DNA from: Isurus oxyrinchus
Lineage: Eukaryota
DNA: 64,000 bases
Reading direction: 5' to 3'
Assembly: GCA_026770705.1 (NCBI GenBank)
Contig: JANJGN010000008.1
Coordinates: 137,330,001 to 137,394,000, forward strand
Made by a program: the position numbers and the translations under genes. The notes under the pieces are model-generated. The model did not search any database and was not told the DNA's origin. It was given only the letters and a program-made list of their open reading frames with translations. The first letter of the stretch is position 1; each line of letters opens with the position of its first letter. Shown one piece after another: positions 50,580-63,043 of the stretch.

Positions 50580-52633
50580 TTTTTTATTTGTTCATGAGAT
50601 ATGGGCATCGCTAGCTAGGCTAGCATTTATTGCCCACCTTTAATTGCACTTGTTCAGAGGGCATTTAAAGGTCAACCACATTACTATGAGTCTAGAGTCA
50701 CATATAGGCCAGGCCAGGTAAGCACAGCAGATTTCCTTCCCTAAAGGACGTTAATGAGCCAGATGGGTTTTTACAGTTTCGTAGTCATCTTCATTCCAGA
50801 GGGTCGTAGATAGGGCTTTAAACTAAATAGTTGAAGGGCGGGTTCAGTTGCATGGAAATACAAAAATTGAAAGTGTAAGGAGAGGGTAAGAGTGACGAGG
50901 CTGATTGCTATCAAAAGGTGAAAGGAAGGGACAGAGTGTGTGAATGCCATATCGCACCAAAGAATTACAAAAGAGTAGGGAAAATTGACAATAGGGGAAA
51001 CTTAAAGGCTTTGTATCTGAATGCACATAGCATTCGGAATAAAACTAATGAGTTAACTGTGCAAATAGAGATAAATAGGTATGATTTGGTGGTGATTACT
51101 GAGACATGGTTACAAGGAGAATAGGTCTGGGAGTTGAATATCCAAGGGTACTCAATGTTTCGGAAGAATAGGCAGGAAAGAAAAGGAGGTGGAGTAGCTT
51201 TGTTAGTAAAGGAAGAGATCAGTGCTATAGTGAGGAATGATATAGCCACTGGAGATCAAGACATAGAGTCAGTCTGGGTAGATATAAGAAATAGCAAGGG
51301 AAAGAAGTCCCTGGTGGGAGTAATCTATAGGTCCCCAAACAGTAGTTTAGCAGTAGGCACAGTATAAACCAGGAAATACTGGGAGCATGTAAGAAAGGCA
51401 CGGCAATAATCATGGGTGATTTTAATATGCATTTGACTGGACTAATCAAATTGGCAAGGGTAGCCTTGAGGGAGAGTTCATTGGGTATATTAGAGATTGT
51501 TTCTTGGAGCAATATGTTGTGGTTTGGTCCTTGGGCCCCAACTATTTACAATCTATATTAATGACTTGGATTCAGGGATAGAAGGTACTATAGCTAAATT
51601 TGCAGATGACATCAAAATAGGTGGGAAAGTAAATTGCAATGAAGAAATAAGAAATTTACAAATGGATATGGAAAAGTCAGGTGAGTGGGCCAAAATTTGG
51701 CAGATGGAGTTTAACGTGGATAAGTGTGAGGTTATCCATTTTGGTTGGCAGAATAAAAAGGCGACTTATTATTTAAATGGAAATAAACTTCAGAATGCTT
51801 CAGTGCAGAGGGATCTGGATGTCCTCGTGCATAAATCGCTGAAAGCTAGTACGCAGGCACAGCAGGTAATAAGGAAGGCAAATGAAATTTTGGCATTTAT
51901 TGCCAAAGGAATAGAGTATAAAAATAGGGAAGTGTTGTTGCAATTGTACAAGGCATTGGTGAGACCACACCTGGACTGTGCACAGTTTTGGTCCCCTTAC
52001 TTGAGGAAGGATGTAGTTGCACTGGAGGCAGTTCAGAGGAGGTTCACTAGATTAATTCCAGAGATGTGGGGCTTGTCTTATGAGGAGAGATTGAGCAGTT
52101 TAGGCCTACACTCGCTAGAGTTTAGAAGGATGAGAGGAGATCTAATTGAGGTATATAAGATGCTAAAGGGGATAGACAAAGTAGAAATGAAGTGGATGTT
52201 TCCCCTTCTGAGGCATTCTAGAATGGGAGGCCATAGTTTTAGGCTAAGGGGTGGTAGATTTAAATCAGAGATGAGGAGGAATTACTTTTCCCAAAGGGTT
52301 GTGAATCTGTGGAATTCACTATCTCAGAGTGCAGTTGATGCCGGGACACTGAATAAATTTAAGGAGGAGATAGACAGATTTTTGATTAGTAATGGGTTGA
52401 AAGGTTATGAGGAGAGGGCATGAAATTGGAGTTGAGGCTGAAATCAGATCAGACATGGTCATAATGAATGACAGGGCAGGCTTAAGGGGCTGAATTGCCT
52501 ACTCGAGCTCCTAGTTCTTATGTTTATGGAATTCAACTTTCACCATCGGTTGTGGTGGACTTTGAACCCAGGTCCCCAGACCTGGGTCTCTGGAATACTA
52601 GTCCAGTGACAATACCATTATGCCACCACCACT
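50580..52633 (-). mobile_element. tRNA-derived SINE (35578 family) split by CR1 50800-52527
   Basis: 3' half at 50580-50800 and 5' tRNA-like half at 52528-52633, both reverse complements of 35578-35900. Confidence 0.8.
50800..52527 (+). mobile_element. CR1 with ~1.4-kb internal deletion, RT C-terminal ~300 codons open (51521-52423)
   Basis: ORF1 end, EN (LYLNAHSI, ETWL, MGDFN, FLEQYVV) joined directly to [20 protein letters not shown], then 3' UTR. Confidence 0.9.
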
Positions 52634-53358
52634 TCAAAGATATCCTGAGATCTGCCTATAGTGGATACTGAGTGAGTGTCTATGGAGGGCATGGGGGTAG
52701 AACCATTGAACCATAGAAAAGCTATGGTGCAGAAAGAAGCCATTCATCCCATCATGTCTGAACCGGCCATGGGGCATGGAGGTGGTGGCCTGGGTGTATT
52801 GGGGGCATTGGGGTGGTATGGGGCATGGATGGATGGGGAGTGATGTGTAAAGGTTTGAGGCCCTAACATTCATTGTTAAAACTGGGCTGACGTCACAGTG
52901 AATGAAGGCGGGTATTCCAGCTCGCTGGCCTGATCATCCAACCACCCCCATTGTCAACTTGAGCCTGCCTCCAGAGGTAATGGGCCTAAACCATCCCTCT
53001 CCCACTTCCCCGGAATGAAAATATGGTGGATTGGGGTCCTTTTAAAGGGGACGGGTCTGCTGGTTGGGAAGATTCCTGATTCAACCTTCCCACCTCCTTC
53101 ACAAAACTCTGTCCCCATGCTTCTGTTTATAAAGCCAAGGATCCAACATGTTTCATTTTTATTAATTTTCTGAACTTTTCCTAGCACCTTCAAAGATTTG
53201 TGTACACACAGCCCCAGTTCTCTCTGTTCTTGCACACCTTTAAAAGTGCACTATTTTTTCATGTTGTCTCTACTAATTCTTAGTACAAAAATGGATCAAT
53301 TCACACTTTTTTGCATTATATTTTATCTGCCATGTGTCTATCCATTTTACAAGTCTAT

Positions 53359-53470
53359 GGCTGGGACTTTCTGGCCCTGCCGTGGGCAATGTGACAAGCC
53401 AGCCAAAAATCCATTGACTTTCAGCGGGACCGGACGATGCCAGTGGCAGGTGGAGCCAGAAAATCTGTCC
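53359..53470. mobile_element. Small Harbinger-type MITE
   Basis: TIRs GGCTGGGACTTTCTGGC / GCCAGAAAATCTGTCC, TSD TAT/CAT. Confidence 0.75.
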
Positions 53471-53559
53471 CATGTCCTTCTGTCCAACATGTTACAATCT
53501 CCCTCATTGTTTGTTATATTTTTGAGTTTCTGGCCATTTCCAAACTTTGAAATCACAAT

Positions 53560-56500
53560 ACCACAGAATTTTAATGTCACAGAAAGAGGCCATTTGGCCC
53601 ATCGTGTCTGCACCGGCTCTCCAAATGAGCATTATGACCAAGTGCCACTGCCCTGTCTTTTCCCTATTCCCCTGCACATTGTTCCTATTCAAATAATCAT
53701 CTAATGCCCTCTTGAATGCCTTGATTGCACCCACCTCCTCCACACTTCTGACAGTGGGTTCATGACCTGAATCACTCTTTGTGTGAGTAAGTTTTTTCTC
53801 ACGTCACATTTGCTTGTTTTGCAAATCACCTTAAATCTGAGCCCTCTCGTTCTTGATCCTTTAGTGAGTGGCAGCAGCTTCTCCCTACTCTGTCCATGAT
53901 TTTGAACATCTCTGTCAAATCTCGCCTTAGCCTTCTTCTCTCCAAGGAGAACAATCCCAAACTCTCCAATCTATCTTCGTAACTGAGGTTTCTCATCCCT
54001 GGAACCATTCTTGTAAACCTCTTCTGCATTTCTCCAATGTGTTCACATCCTTCCTATAATGTGGTGCCCAGAATTGTACACAATACTCCAGCTGAGGTCT
54101 AACCAGTGTCTTATATAAATTCAGCATATCCTCCTTGCTGTTATCCTCTATCTCCCTATTAATAAAGCCCAGAATACTATATGCTTTATTAACTGCTCTC
54201 TCCACCTGTCCTGCCACGTTCAATGGTCTATGCATATATACACCCAGGTCTTTCTGCTCCTGAAGCCTCTTCAAGATTTCACCCCTTATTTTATATTGTC
54301 TTTCCATGGGTCTTTCTTCTCTGGGTGAAGAAATTTCTCCTCATCTCAATCCTAAATGGTCTATCCCATATCCTTAGACTATGACCCCTGGTTCTGGACT
54401 CCCCCACCATCGGGCACATCCTTCCTGCATCTACCCTGTCTGGTCTTGTTAGAATTTTATAGGTTTCTATGAGATCCCCCCTCATTCTTCTGAACTCCAG
54501 TGAATATAATCCTAATTGACTCAATCTCTCCTCATATGTCAGTCCCGCCATCCCAGGAATCAATCGGGGAAACCTTCGCTGCATTCCATCTAAAGCAAGT
54601 ACATCCTTCCTCAGATAAGGAAACCAAAACTGTACACAATATTCTAGGTGTGGTCTCACCAAGGCCCTGTATAATTGCAACAAGACAGCCCTGTTCCTGT
54701 ACGCGAATCCTCTGGCTATGAAGACCAATATACCATTTGCCTTCTTTACTGCCAGCTGCACCTGCATGCTTACCTTCAGCGACTGGTGTACAAGGACACC
54801 CAGGTCTCGTTGCACATTCCCCTCTCTCAATTTATAGCCATTCAGATAATAATCTGCCTTCCTGTTTTTGCTACCAAAGTGGATAACCTCACATTTATCC
54901 ACATTATACTGCATCTGTCATGCATTTGCCCACTCACTCAGCTTCCCCAAATCACACTGAAACATCTCTGCATCCTCCTCACAGCTCACCCAGCTTTGTA
55001 TCATCTGCAAATTTGGAGATATTACATTTAATTCCCTCATCTAAATCATTAATATATATTGTGAATAACTGGGGTCCCAGCACCGATCCGTGTGGTACCC
55101 CACTAGTCACTGCTTGCCATTCAGAAAAAGACTCGTTTATTCTTACTCTTTGTTTCCTGTCTGCCAACCAGTTTTCTATCCATCTCAATACACTACCCCC
55201 AATCCCATGTGCTTTAATTTTACAATCTCTTATGTGGGACTTTGTCGAAAGCCTTCTGAAAGCCCAAATAAACCACATCCATTAGCTCCCCCTCATCAAC
55301 TCTGCTAGTTACATCCTCAAAAAATTCCAGTAGATTTGTCAAGCATGATTTCCCCTTCATAAATCCATGCTGACTCTGTCCGATTCTGCCACTGTTTTCC
55401 ACATGCTCAGCTATTAAATCTTTTATAATGGACTCTATAATTTTCCCCACTACTGACGTCAGGCTGACTGGTCTATAATTCCCTGTTTTCTCTCTGCCTC
55501 TCTTTTTAAATAGCGGGGTTACATTAGCTACCCTCCAATCTAGGAACTGTTCCAGAGTCTATAGAATCTCGGAAGATGACCGCGAATGCATCCACTATTT
55601 CTAGGGCCACTTCCTTAAGCACTCTGGGATGTAGATTATCAGGCCCTGGGGATTTATTGACCTTCAGTTCCATCAACTTCCCCAACATCATTTCCCTACT
55701 AATACTGATTTCTTTCAGTTCCTCCCTCTCACTAAACCTTGTATTCCCCAACCATTTCTGGTATGTTATTTGTGTCCTCCTTTGTGAACACATGTATGTA
55801 TTTAGTTGGTCATCCATTTCTTTATTCCCCATTATAAATTCCCCTGTTTCTGACAGTAAGGGACCTAAATTTGTCTTCACCAATTTTTTTCTCTTCACCT
55901 ACCTATAGAAAGTTTTACAGTCAGTTTTTACGTTCCCTGCAAGCTTACTCTCATACTCTATTTTCCCTTTCTTAATCAATCCCTTGGTCCTCCTTTGCTG
56001 AATTCTAAACTGCTCCCAATCCTCAGGTCTGTTATTTTTTTCTGGCCAATTTGTATGCCTCTTCCTTGCATCTAATACTATCTCTAATTTCCCTTGTAAG
56101 CCATGGTTTGGCCACCGTTCCTGTTTTACTTTTGCGCCAGATAGAAATAAACAATTGTTGTAGTTCACCCATGCGCTCTTTGAATGTTTGCCATTGCCTA
56201 TCCACCATCATCCCTTTAAGTAATGTTTCCCAATCCATCATAGCCAACTTGCGCCTCATACCATCATAGTTTCCTTTATTAAGATTCAGGACCCAAGTCT
56301 CAGAATCAACTACGTCACTCTCTGTCTTGACGAAGAATTCTAACATATTATGCTAACTCATCCCCAAGAGGCCTTGCACAACTAGATTGCCAATTATCCC
56401 TTTCTCATTACACAATACCCAGTTGAGGATGGCCTGTTTTCTCGTTGGTTCCTCAATGTATTGGTCCAGAAAAACATTCCGTCTACACTCCAGGAATTCC

Positions 56501-58600
56501 TCCTCTACAGTATTGTTACTAATTTGATTTGCCCAATCTATATACATATTAAAGTCACCCATAATTACAGATGTGGAATTCATTACCACAGAAAGTAGTT
56601 GAGACCAAAACATTGTATGTTTTCAAGAAGGAGTTAGATATAGCTCTTGGGGCAAAAGAGATCAAAGGATATGGGGAGAAGGCGGGAGCAGGCTATCGAG
56701 TTGGATGATCAGCCATGATCATAATGAATGGTGGAGCAGGCTTGAAGGGCCGAATGGCCTACTCCTGCTCCTCGTTTCTATGTTCTTCCTACCAAAATGC
56801 ATCATCTCACACTTCTCCACATTGAGCTTCATCGGTCGCCTATCTGTCCACTCCACCAACTTGCCTATGTCCTTTTGAAGTTCTGCACTGTCCTGCCTTC
56901 GTATCATCTGCAAATTTTGAAATTGTCCCCTGCACATCAAGATCTAGATCATTAATATATATAAGGAAAATCAAGGGTCCCAATACCGACTCCTGGGGAA
57001 CTCCACTACAAACTTTCCTCCAGCCCAAAAAATATCCATTGACCATTAGTCTCTGCTCCCTATTGTTCAGCCAATTTTGTATCCATGTTGCTACTGTCCC
57101 TTTTATTCCAGGAGCAATAACTTTTCTCACAAGTCTGTTGTATGGCACTGTATCAAATGCCTTTTGAAAGTCCATGTACACCACGTCAACTGCATTACAC
57201 TCATCGACCTTTTCTGTTGTTTCTTCAAAAAACTCCAGCAAGTTAGTTAAACATGATTTCCCCTTTAGAAATCCACGCTGGCTCTTCTTTATCACCCCAT
57301 ATTTTTCCATGCGACTACAAATTCTATCCCGATAAATGTTTCTAGATTCTTGCCAGCCACTGAAGTTAAACTGACTGGTCTGTAATTACTGGGCTTATCC
57401 TTATAACTTTTTTTGAACAAGGATGCAATGTTTGCAATTCTCGATTCCTCTGGCACCTCCCCTGAGTCTAGGGAAGATGGAAAATCATGACCAGTGTCCC
57501 TGTAATTTCTACTCTCACTTCCTTCAATATTCTTGGATGCATCTTGTCCAGTCCCGGTGCTTTGTCAACTTTAATTACCAACAGTCTATTCAACACTTGC
57601 TCCTTATCAATTTTGAATCCTTCTAGTGGCAGAGTTTCCTCATCTGTCACCATTGCCTTGGTTGCATCTACCCCCTTGGTAAAGACTGATGCAAAGTATT
57701 CATTTAATACCTCAGCCATGGCCCTTTCTTTCATGTGTAAATTCCCTTCTAGGTCCCTAATCGGTCCTATTCCTCCTTTTACAACCATTTTACTATTTAT
57801 ATACCAATAGAAAACTTTGGGATTCTCCTTTATGTTGGTCTGCCAAGTCTTTTCTTATAATCCTTCTTCACTTCTCTAATATGCTTTTTCACCTCCCCTC
57901 TGAACCCTCTTGGTTCTCAATTGTATTTTCTACCTGACACCTATCATGAGCTTTTTCTTCTTTATTTTAATTTCAATCCTTTTTCATCCAGGGAGTTTTG
58001 GATTTGTTTGCCCTACCTTTCCCTTTTATATGGAATATACCTTGACTATACTGTGCCTGAACCAATTCTTTTTTGAAGGTAGCCTATTGTTAAGCTACAG
58101 TTTTTCTCATCAATCTTTCCTTCCAGTTTATCTAACCCAGCTCCGTTCTTGCCCCATCAAAGTCGGCTCTTGTCCAGTTAATTATTTTTACTCTGGATTG
58201 CCTTTCATTTTTTCTATCATCATCCTAACATGTACAATACAATGATCACTGTCTCCTAAATGTTCCCCTACTTGATCTACTTGGCCCACTCATTTCCAAG
58301 AACCAGGTCCAACAGTGCATCTTTTCTTGTTGGATTGGACACATGCTGCTGTAGAAAATTTTCCTGAACACAATCTAGGAACTTTTGCCCCTCTCCATCC
58401 TTTACACTCTCACTGTCCCAGTTTACATTCAGGTTACTGCTTTATAATGCTTGCATCTCTCTGCAATTTCCCTGCAGATTTGTTCTTCTACGTCCTTCTC
58501 ACTTGTTGGCAGTCTATTGACTAAATTGATCAATGTAATTGCACCCTTTTTGTTCCTTAGCTCCAACCAAATTGATTCTGTCCTTGAACCCTCTGGGACA
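53560..58600 (-). mobile_element. CR1 (EN to 3' end), split by insertion 54309-56782
   Basis: ESIWLELRN, LNEYFASVFT, YMDFQKAF, KFADDTK and HFGRKN(56783)/MERQYKI(54308) continuity. Confidence 0.88.
54309..56782. mobile_element. CR1 with inverted 5' segment (54317-56574 minus, 56572-56782 plus)
   Basis: The minus part runs from EN (TSVIMGDFN) to RRNFFTQR. The plus part resumes at WNSLPQK through the 3' tail. Flanked by TTTCCATG/TTTCTATG. Confidence 0.85.
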
Positions 58601-59574
58601 ACCTTTTTCTCCAGCACTGCAAAGAAATTATGCTCTGTATATCAAAATTAAGTTCATTAATATTTATCAATAAGAGCAGTGGGCCTAATACTAACTCCTG
58701 GAAAGAATATACTTTCCTCCGGTCCGAAAAACAACTGCTCACCACTACTTTCTGCTCTTTGTCTCTTAGCCGATTTAGTATCCATGTTGCCATTGCCCCT
58801 TTAATTGCATGGACTTCAACATAGCTAACAGGTAATTTGTGTCATACTTAATAAAAACCTTTTGAAATTCCATATGCATAACTTCTACGACACTATCCTC
58901 ATCAACCATCTCAATTATTTCATCAAAAAACTCAATTAAGTTAGCCAGTCACAATTTTCCTTTCATCAGTCCTTTCTGGCTGTCATTTATCAACCCATAT
59001 ATTTCTAAATAACAATTAGTTATATCTTGGATTAATGGTCCAGATTTATCAGTGGCAGCAAAACTGTCAGCTTTCGCCATCATGACTTCACTGGAACTTA
59101 AGGACCAGAATTTTACGTCATGTGGGTGGGCACGCGCCTGACCCAAATGGACATGAAATAGCACGAGGTGACATCAGGTGAGAATCCTGACATCATCCCA
59201 CACACCAGCAATCTTCAGGTCGGTGGACCACATAAGGCCATTAAAGAGGCAATTGATCCCAATTTTACGCTGTCCTCGTGATTTTGCGCTCGTTGCACAG
59301 GCAAAACGGGCAGGCAGGCAGCCCACTTTTAATGAAACCGCATCCAAGTGGGGGATAAAAACAGTCTGCAGCATTGCTATTCTGAATAGTGAGGAGATAG
59401 GGTTTAGTTTGCTGCTGGTTGTTTATTGGAACTTGACAGCCTAATCTCTGTTCTGAGCTTCAGTCTTAGCTTTTCTGGGCATCATTTCAAGACTCAGTGA
59501 TGTCTCCAAGGCCCCTGGAGGATTCGGACTGCATGGACACTTCTAGGCACCAGGCAGCCTTCTATTACCCGAGT

Positions 59575-60723
59575 AATAGGGATTGTGGTCTCCACTGGTG
59601 GCACCTCCTTTGAGGAGGAAGAAAGGGACAGAGGGAGAGGAGGCCAGGTGTCTTTATGCAGCTTCCAGAGGAGTGACCTGTGGGAGGAGAGGCCCAAGCA
59701 CAGCAGGTAGTCCACTATCCTGCTGCCAGGGTTTACAGGCAGCGAGGCAATTACCTCACTATGTCCAAGGTGCAATGCCAAAGGAGGCTTCGTCTCTCAA
59801 GGGAGATCGTGACCTCCATCTGTCAGATGATTGGGTCTGAGATCAGCTCCGACTGTATCGGTGGACCTTCCAATTCCAGTGGCTCTGATGGTCACAGCAG
59901 CCCTCAACTTCCATGCCTCCAGCTCTCTCCAGGTAACAGTGTGGGATTTATGTGGAGTGTCCCAACAGCTCTCCACCGTTGCAAAAAAACTGGTGACAGA
60001 AGCTCTGTTCAGGCAGGTTCATTTATTCTTTACTGTACAAAAGAGGCCAGCAGGCTGCGCGAGCCAGAGGCTATGCAGTGATTGCTGGGTTCCCCCGCAT
60101 CCAGCATGTCATCAACTGTACACTTGTGACGATCAAGGTACCAATCGGTCAGCTGGGTGCCTTCCTCAACAGCAAAGGATTCCACTTCATGAACGTACAG
60201 ATAGTCTGTGCAAGGTACCCTGGCAGCTCCCATGGCGCTTATATCCCGAGACACTCCCAGGTGCCGAGGCTCTTCAGTGCTCCAGCCCGACTGGATGGTT
60301 GGCTGCTGGGTGACATTGAAAAGGTGGATTATGACGCTTCTCTGCCACCCAAGAACAGGGGCAGAGCAGCGTTACAATAGGAGTCATGCCTCCACAAGTG
60401 CAGTAGTAGAGAGGACTATAGGTCTTCTCAAGATGTGCTTCCGATGCCAGGACCATTCAGGGGGTGCACTATAATACCTAGCCCAGAGCAGTTGTCACTG
60501 ATAGTGGTTGCATGCTGCACCTCCACAATCTGGCACTGGCAAGGGGGGACCCACTGGAGGAAGAGGATGTTGACACAGCTCCACAGGCCACAGAGGATGA
60601 ATCCAGTAGTGACTCAGAAGAGGAGCACAGTGAGGAGAATGCTGAGGGCACAGAGACAGAACTCAGTAACCTCCAGGGAGGCAGGGACACCAGGACGCCT
60701 TGATCCAATGCTCCTTCAGCTAG
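59575..60723 (+). pseudogene. Harbinger transposase, disrupted
   Basis: QCQRRLRLSRE, ALNFHASSSLQ, FPRIQHVINCT, YPGSSHGA, WLLGD and YNRSHASTSAVVERTIGLLK motifs. Confidence 0.9.
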
Positions 60724-61056
60724 GCTGCCAAAGATCTGCTTCCACCTCATGCTGCCGCTTCCAGCCCGGATGTCTGACATGACCCTTTCATTTGCACCCA
60801 AAGTCCACTCAATGTCTGTGCAATAAAGTATCCAGCCACGCATGTCCAGCATTACATACTGGCACCAGAAAGAAAAAATGTGAAGCATACTCAGGCCATC
60901 AGAACCAAAGCAAATTTAATGTTATTTTCACACTGAATGCATAATGACATTACCATCGCTAGTGTTGATGTCCACACCAGCAGATATATAAACCAACAGA
61001 AATAAACAGAAAATCAACTGCGGATCGAGCCTCTTATGAGGGCTTGCAGATCCACT

Positions 61057-61188
61057 CCGAAGAAGAGTCATACAGATAGAAACGTTAACTCTGTTTTTCT
61101 CTCCACAGATGCTGTCAGATGTGCTGAGTTTTTCCAGCATTTTCTGTTTTTGTTTCAGATTTCCAGCATCCACAGTATTTTGCTTTTT
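61057..61188 (+). mobile_element. Penelope-like terminal-repeat fragment with degenerate minimal hammerhead motif
   Basis: CCGAAGA-AGAGTCATACAGATA-GAAACGTTA-ACTCT followed by the tail also seen at 12200-12330. Absent from Harbinger copy 1. Confidence 0.65.
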
Positions 61189-61199
61189 TCCCCTTTTGT

Positions 61200-63043
61200 T
61201 CATGGTGCCTTTAACTCAGGTTTCTGAGTGCTACGTCTTGGTGCCCACCACCACCCCCACCAAAAAAAATGTCGCTGGCAGTAGCATTGAAGTCAGGCAG
61301 CTGACTCTGGTGTCTTGATGACCTTGGTGGTTGCCCTCTGGCCAGTGGAGCCTGTGCTGGCCCCGCCTGGTAGGGAGTGGCCAGTGCCATGGATGGCATC
61401 TCCCAAGTTATTGCAGCCTAATTAGATGCCACAGTCATGGGTGGAGGGACAGAGGGGCTGCTGCTATCACCCAAAGCATCGTAAGAGGAGCCTGCAGAGA
61501 TGACAAGCAGCTTGTGTGCCGTGAGGTTGGTCAGGGCCCCCCTCCTTGCCATTGATGGACGGGCACCTAGCTGGGATACTGGGTGTCTCATCCATCTACA
61601 ACACTGACACTGACAACCTGAGGTCAATGTCTGTGTGAGGGTTTGCAGGTCAGAGCACAACACCAGGAATCCCTGATTCTGTCCATGGAGCTGCCTCTCC
61701 ATGAGAGTCACCACTGTCTCAATGGAGGAGGCAGTGCACTCAGCCATGAGTGTCAAAGCAGTGCTTATGCTCCGCATGGACTCCTCTATATCAGAGACAA
61801 TGGCACGCATACCCTCATGGATTTCTGCCAGATCCTCCCATGCGTCCAGCTGCACATCCAGCTTCTGCCGCCTAATGGACGACTCCAGGGGCTCATCACC
61901 TGCCTTTGACTGAGCATTGCCCTGGACCCGGCCAGTCCTCCGACGGCTGGTGCCCCGGGCCCTCTCTGCTTCCTCCTGCATCTCAAGTGAGTTTGAAGTG
62001 CCTTCACCATTGTGCTCTGACACTCTGGCTTCTGATCTATTGCCAAACTAGGTGCTGGTATCTGCACTGGTGCCTGGTTCAGAGAGTGGGTATGAAGCAG
62101 GCCCAAATGAACCCAGCCATCTTCTGGTGTCAGGCGTGGCCCTTCAGGGTCTAGAGAGTGAGTGTGTGCTGGTGAATCTAAGGGAGAATCTGAGGACATG
62201 TCATTAGTCTAAGTCATCACACTGTCACTGTGCATGCCAGGTATCCTGGTGAGACAATGGAGATCTGCATCTTTCAATGATCAATGGGGACTCTAGGTTT
62301 GCAGCTCACATCAGTGAAGAGACTACACTGGATTGGTTGCACCATCTGAAACTCTCAACTCTGTGCACTGTGCTCTTACATTCATCTGGCACCCCTGCCT
62401 CTCCACGCCTGGTTGCACATGGAGCACGCCAGCTCTCTAGCTTTAGGGCGTTCCGCTCGAATCTGGTGAGCATCAGCAGGTTGGGCAGGCCTCCACCTGA
62501 CCTTGACTTCTCAAATTGGTGTTATGGTTTGTCTTCTCCTGAAACGACAGAGAAGCACTGATTTGTCCACTCTGTACCTGCAGTGTCATTTCAACCTGGC
62601 ACCTTGCAGGGCACATCCGAGTTGTGGCCCTCGAGCCGCAAGGCACTCCAGCCAGGCAGCAAAGGCTCACACCCTTGGCTGGTCCACTGTCAGTGACAGT
62701 TGGCACTCAGACTCTAACTCCCCTGAGCTCCATGACTGGACAGCCGTGCACTTCTCCACACTGATCCATGCCAACGTGGTACTCACTGAACGCAGACAAT
62801 TTTGCAGAACAGCACCCATGTGCACCACACAATGTTGTGGTCACTGACTTCGGCTGCCACCCCCTCCCAGGCGTTTTTGGTCAGGTGCAGTTGCCTCCTC
62901 CTGCGATCCCTAGGTACTAGAGTGTTCCGCCTGACACCAACCTCCTCCACAAGGACTGTGAGGAACTCATCCGAGAAACGGGGGACCGAGTGCCCACCAG
63001 ACTTGCCCGTCCGCCTGACATTCCCGGCCACTGGTGAGGCCAT
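61200..63043 (-). pseudogene. Spliced Myb/SANT-like Harbinger accessory gene
   Basis: Exon 1 MASPV..PRFSDEFLTVLVEEV..AWEGVAAEVS with GTGAGT donor ~62785, acceptor ~62180, coiled-coil ORF 61418-62023. Confidence 0.85.

Larger units (their letters stand above)
49580..53115. mobile_element. Non-autonomous Harbinger-type element (itself split by SINE and CR1)
   Basis: Imperfect TIRs AGCCCAGATTTTT / AAAACTCTGTCCC, TSD TAT/CAT. The flanks rejoin as contiguous CR1. Confidence 0.55.
48962..59030 (-). mobile_element. Host CR1 split into pieces (48962-49579, 53116-53555, ~58600-59030) by nested insertions
   Basis: Pieces rejoin in ORF2 order: KGK..TNL, VLGPLLLLININEL, KWIDTWQIKYNAKKC, ILGFINR, LNFYKTMVRPQLEYCVQLWAP. 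Confidence 0.75.
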
